This document shows positions 35,060 to 44,764 of a stretch of 64,000 nucleotides of DNA, piece by piece; within the stretch, counting starts at the first letter, position 1, and each line of letters begins with the position of its first letter. Position numbers and translations under genes: made by a program. The notes beneath the pieces were generated by a model, which saw only the letters and a list, made by a program, of their open reading frames with translations, had not been told where the DNA came from and did not search any database. The stretch is from Solirubrobacterales bacterium (GTDB lineage: Bacteria > Actinomycetota > Thermoleophilia > Solirubrobacterales > JBBDJG01), in the NCBI GenBank assembly GCA_035650255.1, contig DASRIA010000086.1:1682-65681 (forward strand), given 5' to 3'.

Positions 35060-35288
35060 CGCCAGGCCTGTTGCAACGCTGACACCTTCGCCGCACGCAC
35101 TCCAGGAAGGCCGGATATGCTCGCGCCGGGAGGTGGAGCTTGGATGCTTGCCGGTGTCCTGATACTCGTAGGTAGCGCTCAAATACTCGCCTTGTTGTTC
35201 GCGCTCGCGCTTTGCCGCGCCGGCGACGACTGCTGAGCGGCGGTCGCTGCAGAGCGGGAACGCTGCCGCTCGCGGGGTAGCCTGGTTC

Positions 35289-36101
35289 ATGGCCGTCTAC
35301 TCCTGCGTTCCGTTCTTCAACGAGTTCCACCTGCTCGATCTCAAGATCGCCGAGGAGCTCGACGTCGTCGACCGGCTCGTGATCGCCGAGTCCGACATGA
35401 CCTTCCAGGGCGCGCGCAAGCCGCTGCACCTGAAAGGCAACCCGAAGTACCGTCATCCAAAGATCGACCTGGTGCTGCTCGAGGGCCGGTTCGATCCGGG
35501 GCCGTGGACCGAGGACGTTGCGACACTGCGGCGCACGACGTCGGGGCCTTGGGGCAACGAGGCGTTGCAGCGGAACGCACTGCTGCGAGAGTGCGAGGAC
35601 GACGATGTCTTCATCGTGGCCGACGTCGACGAGATCAACACGCGCGAGGACATCCCGCTGATCGTCGAGCAGGCGCGCGCGCACGGTCACGTCAAGCTCA
35701 GGCAGGCGCTCTACTACTACAAGCTGAACCTCCGCGTGCAGGCGGCCGGGGACGCGGTGTACTGGAACCGCGCGCTCGCCGTTACCGGCCGGTATCTGCG
35801 CGAGACCGGGCTTTCGCTCCACGACGTGCGCAGGACGCAGGGCAACTCCTTGATGCCTACGCGGGGAAAGCACTTCAGCTACCTGGCCGACGCACGCGGC
35901 ATCTCGGAGAAGATCCGCAGCTTCGCCCACGCGGAGCTGAACCTGTCGCGGTTCACCGACCCGGCCGAGATCGAGGCCCGCATGCGGGATCACATCGATC
36001 CGTTCGAGCGCGAGTTCGAGCTCGAGCGCGTCGAGATCGACGACTCCTATCCCACGGCGCTCCTCGACGACCTCGAGGCATGGCACGACTACATCGCCTG
36101 A
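35289..36101 (+). CDS. Glycosyltransferase family 17 (GnT-III / beta-1,4-mannosyl-glycoprotein GlcNAc-transferase-like)
   Basis: CVPFFNEFHLLDLKIAEELDVVDRLVIAES..TF.G..KPL, ADVDEI, and GKHFSYL....ISEKIRSFAHAEL match the bacterial GT17 pattern (FFNE..lL..R....VD.FvivE; DvDEI; GWHfSY...K..sfaH.E). Confidence 0.8.
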   Translation: MAVYSCVPFFNEFHLLDLKIAEELDVVDRLVIAESDMTFQGARKPLHLKGNPKYRHPKIDLVLLEGRFDPGPWTEDVATLRRTTSGPWGNEALQRNALLRECEDDDVFIVADVDEINTREDIPLIVEQARAHGHVKLRQALYYYKLNLRVQAAGDAVYWNRALAVTGRYLRETGLSLHDVRRTQGNSLMPTRGKHFSYLADARGISEKIRSFAHAELNLSRFTDPAEIEARMRDHIDPFEREFELERVEIDDSYPTALLDDLEAWHDYIA

Positions 36102-36173
36102 GCAGCCGCGCAACCCTTCACCCGCGCCCGCGGCGCGGTACCTTCCCTCCGTCAACCCTGAAGGGAGAACGCC

Positions 36174-36998
36174 GTGTCATCCACCGCCCCTGACGCCGAG
36201 CTCAAGGCACGCCACCGTGCGATGTGGGCCTCCGGCGACTACCCGTCCATGGTCGAGACGTTCCTCCTGCCGCTGGGACCGCGCCTCGTCGAAGCCGCCG
36301 GCATCGGCCCCGGGATGCGCGTGCTCGACGTCGCCGCCGGCACGGGCAACGCGTCGATACCCGCGGCCAAGACCGGCGCGGAGGTCACCGCCAGCGATCT
36401 GACGCCCGAGCTGCTCGAGGCCGGCCGCGGCCGCGCCGCGGCGGAGGGGGTGACCCTCGAATGGGCCGAGGCCGACGCGGAGCACCTTCCGTTCGAGGAC
36501 GAGTCGTTCGACGTCGTGATGTCGTCGATCGGCGCCATGTTCGCGCCCCGCCACCAGGACGTCGCCGACGAGCTGGTGCGGGTGTGCCGCCCGGGCGGCA
36601 CGATCGGCCTGCTCAGCTGGACTCCCGAGGGCATGATCGGTGCGCTCTTCCGGACGATGGGACCGTTCGCCCCGCCGCCTCCGCCGGGCGCCAGCCCCCC
36701 GCCGCTGTGGGGCAGCGAGGATCACGTGCGCGAGCTGTTCGGCGACCGCGTCGACTTCCGCACGATGGAGCGCGAGATGCTGGAGATCACCGCCTTCGAG
36801 AAGCCGCGCGACTACGGCGAGCACTTCAAGGAGAAATACGGCCCCACGATCGCCGCTCAGGCCAACGCGCGCAAGAACGGTCAGGAGGCGGAGTTCAACG
36901 AGGCGGTCGACCGGTTCTGCGACGAGTGGAACCTGGGCTCAGCCGACAAGGCGCGCTTCGAGCAGGAATACCTGGTCACCGTCGGCACACGGGCTTAG
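36174..36998 (+). CDS. Class I SAM-dependent methyltransferase
   Basis: GTG start after the GAAGGGAG RBS. Motif I VLDVAAGTGNAS and post-I/II motifs DLTPELL...DADAEHLPFEDESFDVV. 274 aa. Confidence 0.85.
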   Translation: MSSTAPDAELKARHRAMWASGDYPSMVETFLLPLGPRLVEAAGIGPGMRVLDVAAGTGNASIPAAKTGAEVTASDLTPELLEAGRGRAAAEGVTLEWAEADAEHLPFEDESFDVVMSSIGAMFAPRHQDVADELVRVCRPGGTIGLLSWTPEGMIGALFRTMGPFAPPPPPGASPPPLWGSEDHVRELFGDRVDFRTMEREMLEITAFEKPRDYGEHFKEKYGPTIAAQANARKNGQEAEFNEAVDRFCDEWNLGSADKARFEQEYLVTVGTRA

Positions 36999-37003
36999 AA
37001 ACG

Positions 37004-37031
37004 CCGGATTTCGCCTAGCCGCGAAATCCGG
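37004..37031. terminator. Perfect 11-bp inverted repeat between the convergent methyltransferase gene and tRNA-Arg
   Basis: ccggatttcgc (37004-37014), loop ctagcc, then gcgaaatccgg (37021-37031). It lies 5 nt after the TAG at 36996-36998 and 16 nt from the tRNA 3' end. Confidence 0.5.
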
Positions 37032-37047
37032 GAGCTCCGTGCTGCGA

Positions 37048-37121
<74 letters not shown>

Positions 37122-37157
37122 AGGGCGCGGGTTGAACGCGCGCAATAGATTCTAGGC

Positions 37158-37979
37158 GTGGCCGGGGCACCCCCCAAGACGGTCGACGGGATCGCCTACC
37201 GCGAGGAGCTGCCGGCCGCCGCCGAAAGCTCCGCGCCGGCCGCCCTGTTCCTGCACGGGTACCCGACGTCCTCCTACCTGTGGCGCAACGTCCTGCCCGC
37301 GGCCGCGGCGGCCGGGTACCGGGCGATCGCGCCCGACCTGCCGGGGTTCGGCGACTCGCCGGCCGACCTGCCCGGCACGTGGGAGCGCCAGGTCGAGCAC
37401 GTGGAGCGCTTCCGCCGTGGGCTCGGCCTCGAGCAGCTCGTGCTCGGCGTCCACGACTGGGGCGGGCTGATCGGGCTGCGGTGGGCGTGCGACCACCCGG
37501 ATGCCGTGCGCGCGCTCGTGATCACGGACACCGGCTTCTTCCCCGACGGGCGCTGGCACGGCATGGCCAAGACGCTGCGCACGGAGGGAGAGGGCGAGCA
37601 GGTGCTCGCCAACATCAACCGCGACCTGTTCGGGATGGCGCTGCGCCAGATCAGCTCCGCCGTGCCCGACGACGCGATCGACGAGTTCTGGAAGGCCTAC
37701 GGCGACGAGCAGCGGCGGCGTGCACAGCTCGACCTCTACCGCTCGGGCGACTTCTCGAAGCTCGAGGCCTACGACGGCAGGCTGGCGGCGCTCGGCGTCC
37801 CGGCGGTGATCGTCTGGGGGGCGAAGGACGAGTTCGCGCCCGTGGGGGGCGCCCACCGCTTCCACAAGCAGCTGCCGGAGGCGGCGCTGGTGGTGCTGGA
37901 GGACGCGGGGCACTTCGTGATGGAGGACGATCCGAGCCGGGTCGCCGCCGAGGTCCGCTCCTTCCTCGGATCTCTCTGA
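37158..37979 (+). CDS. Alpha/beta hydrolase (haloalkane-dehalogenase / epoxide-hydrolase-like, Asp nucleophile)
   Basis: FLHGYPTSSYLWRNV (HGxP oxyanion motif), nucleophile elbow GVHDWGG, and a C-terminal ...DAGHFVMED catalytic His. Confidence 0.85.
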   Translation: MAGAPPKTVDGIAYREELPAAAESSAPAALFLHGYPTSSYLWRNVLPAAAAAGYRAIAPDLPGFGDSPADLPGTWERQVEHVERFRRGLGLEQLVLGVHDWGGLIGLRWACDHPDAVRALVITDTGFFPDGRWHGMAKTLRTEGEGEQVLANINRDLFGMALRQISSAVPDDAIDEFWKAYGDEQRRRAQLDLYRSGDFSKLEAYDGRLAALGVPAVIVWGAKDEFAPVGGAHRFHKQLPEAALVVLEDAGHFVMEDDPSRVAAEVRSFLGSL

Positions 37980-38138
37980 GCCACCGGCAGGTCTACCCCG
38001 CGCGATTCCGGGGCATAGGTGTAACGTGCATAACCGTGGGACGCCCCCCGCAGCCCGGAAGGGAAAGGGCGGGGCGCGCCCGAATAGAGGAGAGGTGAAG
38101 TTCCTGCACGTTCGCATCCATGTCCTAAAGGGGGCAAC

Positions 38139-39794
38139 TTGATCGCGCGCTCGCTAAAAGCCGGCCTGGTAACGCTGGTTCTCGTACTTTCGGCCTTCTT
38201 CATCGCCGCCTGCGGCGACGACGACAGTGGTGGAGGCGGTGAAGGCAAGACGGGAGGCACGATCAAGATCGGCCATACGTCGATGCCCGACTACCTCGAC
38301 CCGGCGCTGTCGTTCACCGTGGACGGCTGGCAGGCGCTGCTGCAGGCCTATCCGGGCCTGCTGACGTTCCCCCACGAGAGCGGGCCCGCCGGCGCGGAGC
38401 CGGTCCCGGGCCTCGCCGAGGACATGCCCGAGATCTCGGCGGACGGCCGCACCTACCGGCTGCGGCTGCGTGAGAACCTGAGGTTCTCGGACGGCTCGCC
38501 CGTCCAGGCGTCGGACTTCAAGGGCTCGATCGAGCGGATGCTCGCGCAGGACTCCCAGGGAGCCTCCTTCTACACCAGCATCGAAGGTGCCGAGGACTAC
38601 CTGAAGACGAAGCGTGGCGGCATCGACGGGATCGAGGCCAACGACCAGAGCCGTGAGATCACCATCCGGCTGACGGAGCCGCGCGGCTCGTTCACCTACG
38701 AGCTCGCGATCCCGTTCTCGGCCGTGGTCCCCGGCGACACGCCGAAGTCGAACCAGACCAGGAACCCCCCGCCCGGCGCGGGCCGCTACGTGATCCGCAA
38801 CGTGCGAATCAACCGCGGCTACGAGATGGTCAAGAACCCGAACTTCTCGACCAGCCTCGAGGGCACCGCGGTGGACGCCGGCAAGGCCGACCAGTTCGAC
38901 GTCGGTATCTACGGCTCCGAGGCGAACCAGGTCACGCGCATCACGCGTAACGAGCTCGACTTCATGGTCGACAACCCGCCGGCCGACCGGGTGGCGGAGC
39001 TGAAGAGCAGGTTCGAGGGCACACGGTTCCGTCAGTTCGTGACCCCCTCGACGTTCTACTTCTTCCTGAACACCGAGACGCCGCCCTTCGACGACCTGAA
39101 GGTGCGCCAGGCGGTGAACCACGCGATCGACCCGGACGCGATCAACCGCGTCCAGGGTGGCGTGATCGCGCCGCAGAACACGTTCCTGCCGCCGCCGGTC
39201 CCGGGCTACCAGGACTGGCCGGACCTGTACCCGCACGACCTGAACAAGGCCAAGGCGCTGATCCGGGAAGCGGGCGCCGACGGCGAGAGCGTGACCGTCT
39301 GGGGTAACCCGGAGAGCCCGACCAAGGAGACGGTCGAGTACTACGCCGACGTGCTGAACGAGATCGGCCTCGACGCCGAGGTGAGGATCATCGCGGCCTC
39401 GACGTACTTCACGACGGTCGGTGACCGCTCCACCAAGGCGCAGACCGGTTGGTACAACTGGTTCCAGGACTACCCGCACCCGGCGGACTTCATCGACATC
39501 CTCCAGAACCCGGACAACGTGAAGGCCACGGGTAACAACAACGTCCAGTACAACGTGGACGACAAGGAGCTGGCGCGCAAGATCAACGCGGCCGCGGCCG
39601 AGCCCGAGCTGACCGACGAGGTCAAGAAGCAGTGGGCCGACATCGACCGCGAGATCCAGGAGAAGGCGTACGGCGCCATCTACGGGACGCGCAAGCAGTC
39701 GACCTTCTTCTCGGACCGGATGGACTTCGAGAACTGCAAGGGCGACAACTTCGCGGTCGGGACACACGACTGGGCGCAGTTCTGCCTGAAGTAA
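38139..39794 (+). CDS. ABC transporter substrate-binding lipoprotein, family 5 (peptide/nickel type)
   Basis: TTG start after AAAGGGGG. Lipobox LSAFFIAAC. DppA/OppA-type length and the ...DYLDPA... motif. Confidence 0.85.
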   Translation: MIARSLKAGLVTLVLVLSAFFIAACGDDDSGGGGEGKTGGTIKIGHTSMPDYLDPALSFTVDGWQALLQAYPGLLTFPHESGPAGAEPVPGLAEDMPEISADGRTYRLRLRENLRFSDGSPVQASDFKGSIERMLAQDSQGASFYTSIEGAEDYLKTKRGGIDGIEANDQSREITIRLTEPRGSFTYELAIPFSAVVPGDTPKSNQTRNPPPGAGRYVIRNVRINRGYEMVKNPNFSTSLEGTAVDAGKADQFDVGIYGSEANQVTRITRNELDFMVDNPPADRVAELKSRFEGTRFRQFVTPSTFYFFLNTETPPFDDLKVRQAVNHAIDPDAINRVQGGVIAPQNTFLPPPVPGYQDWPDLYPHDLNKAKALIREAGADGESVTVWGNPESPTKETVEYYADVLNEIGLDAEVRIIAASTYFTTVGDRSTKAQTGWYNWFQDYPHPADFIDILQNPDNVKATGNNNVQYNVDDKELARKINAAAAEPELTDEVKKQWADIDREIQEKAYGAIYGTRKQSTFFSDRMDFENCKGDNFAVGTHDWAQFCLK

Positions 39795-39833
39795 TCAGCT
39801 GACCCGGAGAGGGCGCCATCGGCGCCCTCTCCG

Positions 39834-40883
39834 ATGTTTCCCGTGCCTGACGCCGCCAGCGAATACAGCTTCGACCCGACCGCAGAGGTTGCGGAGGAGC
39901 TGCAGGAAGAGGGAACGAGCACGGCGGGGCTGGGCCCGTGGCAGCTGGCGCTGCGCAGGCTCCGGCGCAATCGCGTCGCGCTTGCCTTCCTCGGGCTCTT
40001 CTTCGTGATCGTGGCCCTGTGCCTGGCGGCGCCGCTGTACTCGAAGTACGTCGCGGAGATCGGCCCGAACAAGAACAACCTCACCGGCAAGATCGAGCGC
40101 GACGGGGAGCAGGTGGACATCGTCACGCCGGACGGCACCCCGGTCGGGCCCGCGTTCAGCACGGAGTACCTGCTGGGCGCCGACGCGAACGGGCGCGACG
40201 TCGCGGTGCGCCTTCTCTATGGCGGGAGGAACTCGCTGTTCGTCGGCTTCACCGCGGCGCTGATCACGACGCTGGTCGCCGTCGCCCTGGGACTGATCGC
40301 CGGCTACTTCCGCGGGCCGTCGGACACGGTGATCCGCAGCGTGTTCGACATCCTGTGGTCGTTCCCGGTGCTCCTGTTCGCGATCGCCTTGGGCACCGCG
40401 CTGGCGATCGGCGGCCTCAACCTGGGCCCGATACACATCGAGGGCGGCTCCCTGTGGATACCGACGCTCGTGATCGGGTTCGTCTACATCCCGTACCTCG
40501 GGCGCCCGATCCGCGGTCAGGTGCTGTCGCTGCGGGAGAAGGAGTTCATCCAGTCCGCGGAGGCCCAGGGAATGGGGTCGCTGCGGATAATGTTCGGCGA
40601 GATCCTGCCCAACCTCGCCTCCACGGTGCTGGTGTTCGGCACGCTGATCGTCGCGAACAACATCATCTTGGAGGCGGCGCTGTCCTTCCTGGGGGCGGGA
40701 ATCCAGCCTCCGAACCCGTCCTGGGGCAACCTGATCGCGCAGGGTGTCGACCGCCTCGTGACGGCGCCGCACCTCGCGATCGTGCCGGGCGTCGCGATCA
40801 CGCTGACAGTGCTGTCGCTGAACGTGTTCGGTGACGGTCTGCGGGATGCGCTCGACCCACGGGCCAAGCTGAGGTTGCGGTAA
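39834..40883 (+). CDS. ABC transporter permease (DppC/OppC-type)
   Basis: ...LLGADANGRDVAVRLLYGGRNSL... and an EAA-loop region ...FIQSAEAQGMGSLRIMFGEILPN... Confidence 0.88.
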   Translation: MFPVPDAASEYSFDPTAEVAEELQEEGTSTAGLGPWQLALRRLRRNRVALAFLGLFFVIVALCLAAPLYSKYVAEIGPNKNNLTGKIERDGEQVDIVTPDGTPVGPAFSTEYLLGADANGRDVAVRLLYGGRNSLFVGFTAALITTLVAVALGLIAGYFRGPSDTVIRSVFDILWSFPVLLFAIALGTALAIGGLNLGPIHIEGGSLWIPTLVIGFVYIPYLGRPIRGQVLSLREKEFIQSAEAQGMGSLRIMFGEILPNLASTVLVFGTLIVANNIILEAALSFLGAGIQPPNPSWGNLIAQGVDRLVTAPHLAIVPGVAITLTVLSLNVFGDGLRDALDPRAKLRLR

Positions 40884-41830
40884 TGGCGCGGTTCGCGGTC
40901 AGACGCCTGGCAAACATGGTGTTCGTGCTGCTCGCGATCTCGATCATCACGTTCTTCATCTTCTACAAGATCCCCGGCGGCGATCCGGTGCTGCGGATCT
41001 CGGGGCGGACGGCGGAGCCGGCCGTGCGCGAGCAGGTACGTGAGGACTTCGGGTTCAACGACCCGATCCACGTGCAGTACCTGCGCATGATGGAAAAGAC
41101 AGCCGACGGCAGCCTCGAGTCCTACTCGAACCGGGTGAACGTGCGGGAGGAGCTGATCCGGGGGATCCCCGCGACGGCGTCGCTCGTGATCGGCGGCGCG
41201 ATCATCTGGCTCTTCTTCGGAATCCTGTTCGGAGTCCTGAGCGCGGTCTATGCCGGGCGGATGCCGGACAGGGTGATCACGATCCTGGGGCTGATCGGCA
41301 TCTCGCTACCGGTGTTCTGGGTAGGTGCGCTGCTGCTCTACTACCTGACGTACAAGGTTTCGCTGTTCCCTGCCGGCGGCTACGTGCCGCTCTCCGAGGA
41401 TCCCGCGAGCTGGTTCAGCCACATGATCCTGCCGTGGTTCTGCATCTCGCTCGTGTTCATCGGGTTCTACAGCCGGCTGCTGCGCTCGAACATGCTCGAC
41501 GTGATGAACGAGGACTACGTGCGCACGGCGCGCGCGAAGGGCCTGTCCGAGCGCCGCGTCCTCGTCGGCCACGTGCTGCGGAACGCGCTGGTCCCGATCG
41601 TGACTCTGTTCGGGCTCGACTTCGGTGCGGCGATCGGCGGCGGCGCGATCCTCACCGAAACCGTGTTCGGGCTGCAGGGCATCGGCCAGTACGTGGCCGA
41701 GTCGATCGGGCAGCTCGACCTGCCGCCCATCCTCGGCACCACGCTGTACACCGCGTTCTTCATCGTGCTGCTGTCGGCGATCGTCGACATCGCGTACGCA
41801 AAGCTCGATCCGAGAGTGAGGCTCAACTAG
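40883..41830 (+). CDS. ABC transporter permease (DppB/OppB-type)
   Basis: MARFAVRRLANMVFVLLAISIITFFIF... and EAA loop EDYVRTARAKGLSERRVLVGHVLRNAL. The start overlaps the previous stop. Confidence 0.88.
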   Translation: MARFAVRRLANMVFVLLAISIITFFIFYKIPGGDPVLRISGRTAEPAVREQVREDFGFNDPIHVQYLRMMEKTADGSLESYSNRVNVREELIRGIPATASLVIGGAIIWLFFGILFGVLSAVYAGRMPDRVITILGLIGISLPVFWVGALLLYYLTYKVSLFPAGGYVPLSEDPASWFSHMILPWFCISLVFIGFYSRLLRSNMLDVMNEDYVRTARAKGLSERRVLVGHVLRNALVPIVTLFGLDFGAAIGGGAILTETVFGLQGIGQYVAESIGQLDLPPILGTTLYTAFFIVLLSAIVDIAYAKLDPRVRLN

Positions 41831-42861
41831 TGGCTGCCCCTCTGCTGGCCGTCGACGACCTCCACGTCTCGTTCGCGACCGAGGAAGGCACCGTGAAGGC
41901 GGTGGACGGTGTCTCCTTCGACCTCAATGCGGGCGAGATCCTCGCCATCGTCGGTGAGTCGGGCTCCGGGAAGAGCGTCACGGCGCTCACCGTGATGGGC
42001 CTGTCGCGCGGGCCCAACGCGCGCATCGAGGGGTCAGTGCGGCTGGGTGGCACGGAGCTCGTGACCCTCGACGAGGAGGACCTGCGGTCGGTCCGGGGCG
42101 AGCGCATCGCGATGGTCTTCCAGGACCCGATGACCGCGCTGAACCCGGTCTACAAGGTCGGTGACCAGATCGTCGAGCAGATCCTCGCGCACGAGGACGT
42201 GTCGAAGCGGGAGGCGCGCGACCGCGCCGTCGAGTCGCTGCGCTCGGTCGGAATCCCGAACCCGGAGCGCCGTTTCGATCACTATCCACACGAGTTCTCC
42301 GGCGGAATGCGCCAGCGCGCGATCGTCGCGCTCGCCCTGTCGCTGGGTCCCGACATCCTGATCGCGGACGAGCCCACGACGGCGCTCGACGTGACGATCC
42401 AGGCGCAGATACTCGCCTTGCTCACGAAGCTCAACGCTGAACGCGACCTGGCGGTGATCCTGATCACGCACGACCTCGGGGTGGTGGCGGAGGTCTCCGA
42501 CCGGGCACTCGTCATGTACGCGGGCCGGGTCGTGGAGGAGGGCACGCTCGACGACATCTTCTACGACCCCCAGCACCCCTACACCTGGGGTCTCCTCGGA
42601 TCGCTCACGCGGCTGGACCAGCCGCGCCCGGCGCGGCTGCCTTCCATACCGGGCGCTCCCCCGTCGCTGATCTCCCCGCCGCAGGGTTGCCACTTCCGCC
42701 CCCGCTGCCCGCACGAGTTCGAGCAGTGCCGGAAGGTGCCTCCGCTCGACTCGAAGCTGGCGCAGGACCAGGAGCACAGGGACCGCTGCTGGCTGGACCC
42801 GGAGGCGAAGCGCTCGAAGCGCGTCGTCGGCGATCGCATCGGCCTCGTGGCGGGTGCCTGA
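41830..42861 (+). CDS. ABC transporter ATP-binding protein (DppD/OppD-type)
   Basis: GTG 41830 shares one base with the upstream TAG (internal to track ORF 41434..42861). Walker A GESGSGKS, signature FSGGMRQR, Walker [12 protein letters not shown], and a C-terminal CHFRPRCP oligopeptide-type extension. Confidence 0.9.
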   Translation: MAAPLLAVDDLHVSFATEEGTVKAVDGVSFDLNAGEILAIVGESGSGKSVTALTVMGLSRGPNARIEGSVRLGGTELVTLDEEDLRSVRGERIAMVFQDPMTALNPVYKVGDQIVEQILAHEDVSKREARDRAVESLRSVGIPNPERRFDHYPHEFSGGMRQRAIVALALSLGPDILIADEPTTALDVTIQAQILALLTKLNAERDLAVILITHDLGVVAEVSDRALVMYAGRVVEEGTLDDIFYDPQHPYTWGLLGSLTRLDQPRPARLPSIPGAPPSLISPPQGCHFRPRCPHEFEQCRKVPPLDSKLAQDQEHRDRCWLDPEAKRSKRVVGDRIGLVAGA

Positions 42862-43985
42862 TGACCGTCACGCCGGTGCAGGAGCCGATGGTCGAAGTGC
42901 GGCACCTCGTGAAGTACTTCCCGATCAAGGCGGGCATCATGTTCGACCGCACGGTGGACAACGTGCACGCGGTGGACGACGTGACGTTCGCCGTTCCAAA
43001 GGGGGAGACGCTCGGGCTGGTGGGAGAGTCGGGCTGCGGCAAGTCGACCCTGTGTCGCACGCTGCTGCGCCTCGAGGACCCGGATTCGGGCGAAATCCTG
43101 TTCGAGGGCCGTGACATCAGCGGGCTGAACCGGCGGGAGCTGCGGCCGCTCCGCAGCCAGATGCAGATGATCTTCCAGGACCCTTACGCCTCGCTCAACC
43201 CGCGCAAGCGGGTGGTGCAGATCATCGGCGACCCGATGCGCCTGCACGGGATCGAGTCGGGCGCCGCGCTGCGCCGAACGGTGCAGAGCCTGCTCGAGCG
43301 GGTGGGCCTCTCGCCGGAGCACTACAACCGGTACCCGCACGAGTTCTCCGGCGGGCAGCGGCAGCGGATCGGGATCGCCCGCGCGCTGGGCCTCCAGCCC
43401 CGCCTGATCGTCGCCGACGAGCCCGTCTCCGCGCTCGACGTCTCGATCCAGGCGCAGATCATCAACCTGCTGAAGGATCTGCAGGCGGACATGGACCTCA
43501 CCTACGTGTTCGTCGCCCACGACCTCGGCGTCGTGCGGCACGTCTCGGACCGGATCGCGGTGATGTACCTGGGGAAGGTCGTCGAGGTCTCGCCGGCAGA
43601 GGACCTCTACACGCAGCCGCGCCATCCTTACACGGTCGCGCTGCTGTCGGCGATCCCGTTGCCCGACCCGAAGGAGAACGCGGCCCGCGAGCCGCTGGTG
43701 CTCGAGGGCGACGTCCCGAGCCCGATCGATCCTCCGCCCGCATGCCGCTTCCACACCCGCTGTCCTCGCGCCACCGAGATCTGCCGGCGGGTGGAGCCGC
43801 CGCTGGTCGACTACGGCAGCGGCCACCTCGCCGCCTGCCATCACCCGGTCAACGTCACCGCGCAGGACATCGAACGCGTGCGGGTCGCGCCCGAGAGCCC
43901 GCTGAGCGCGGGCGACGAGCTGCCGACGCTCGACCCGGGCCTGCCGGACCTCGCGGACCGGGTGGCACCCGGCGAGCCCGGCTAG
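42861..43985 (+). CDS. ABC transporter ATP-binding protein (DppF/OppF-type)
   Basis: ATG 42861 overlaps the upstream TGA (internal to track ORF 42687..43985). [36 protein letters not shown]. Confidence 0.9.
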   Translation: MTVTPVQEPMVEVRHLVKYFPIKAGIMFDRTVDNVHAVDDVTFAVPKGETLGLVGESGCGKSTLCRTLLRLEDPDSGEILFEGRDISGLNRRELRPLRSQMQMIFQDPYASLNPRKRVVQIIGDPMRLHGIESGAALRRTVQSLLERVGLSPEHYNRYPHEFSGGQRQRIGIARALGLQPRLIVADEPVSALDVSIQAQIINLLKDLQADMDLTYVFVAHDLGVVRHVSDRIAVMYLGKVVEVSPAEDLYTQPRHPYTVALLSAIPLPDPKENAAREPLVLEGDVPSPIDPPPACRFHTRCPRATEICRRVEPPLVDYGSGHLAACHHPVNVTAQDIERVRVAPESPLSAGDELPTLDPGLPDLADRVAPGEPG

Positions 43986-44122
43986 CAGCGTCCGTACACT
44001 CGACGGCGGAGCCCGCGGCTGCAGCGAGACCGCACGATTGCGCGGTGATACGTAGCATGACGCAGTGTCAACGCGTTTCGTTAGCATCCGGTTCCGGGTG
44101 TCGTCTGACGAGTAGGAGTGAC

Positions 44123-44764
44123 ATGGAAGCTGCGTCGAAGAGCCGGGATGAGTCGCGCCGGCGGATCAGTGGCGACGAGCGCCGCGAGAGCATCCTGCAA
44201 CTCACCTCGCGTGCGTTCGCGGAGCGCGGCTACGACGGCGTGCGCACAGCCGAGCTGGCCGAGAGCGCGGGCGTCTCCGAAGCGCTGATCTACCAGCACT
44301 TCCGCACCAAGGCGGAGCTGTACCGCGCCGCCGTGGACCGCAGCGCCGACATCTTCGGGCAGCGCATGAGCTCCGCCGTGCCTCCGAACGCGGACGTCGA
44401 AGCGGGGCTGCGGAGCGGGATCGACACCTTCCTGTCATTCGTTGCGGAGCCCGACAACGCATGGACCGTGCTCACGCTGACGGTCAGCGATCCGGAGCTC
44501 GCCGAGTATCAGCGGGAGCTGCGCGGCCGCGCCACGGGGGCGCTGGCCGACCTGCTCGCGCTCGACCCCCGCGCCGCCGGCTCCGGTCTCGAGCGCGCCG
44601 AGCTCGAGCAGCTCGCCGAGGTCATCGCAGGCGGCGCCGAAGCGCTAGCCACGTGGTGGGCCCAGAATCCGAACGCGACGCGAGCCGAGCTGGTGGACCT
44701 GCTGATGGGCTTCGTGTGGAGCGGATTCGACCGGCTGGTCGATTCGAGCTCCAGCCGGCGTTAG
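44123..44764 (+). CDS. TetR/AcrR-family transcriptional regulator
   Basis: ATG 44123 follows AGGAG. HTH region RRESILQLTSRAFAERGYDGVRTAELAESAGVSEALIYQHFRTKAELY. Confidence 0.88.
   Translation: MEAASKSRDESRRRISGDERRESILQLTSRAFAERGYDGVRTAELAESAGVSEALIYQHFRTKAELYRAAVDRSADIFGQRMSSAVPPNADVEAGLRSGIDTFLSFVAEPDNAWTVLTLTVSDPELAEYQRELRGRATGALADLLALDPRAAGSGLERAELEQLAEVIAGGAEALATWWAQNPNATRAELVDLLMGFVWSGFDRLVDSSSSRR

Noticed and set aside
34871-35290. 139-aa minus-strand ORF starting back-to-back with the GT17 ATG
   Set aside because: It would overlap about 190 nt of the well-supported pyrE 3' end, it has no recognisable motif, and its composition is mixed.
37980-38138. 159-nt leader of the peptide ABC operon with GC-rich stems (cgcccc...ggggcg), considered as a regulatory RNA
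   Set aside because: It matches no motif I know. GC-rich stems are expected by chance at this base composition.
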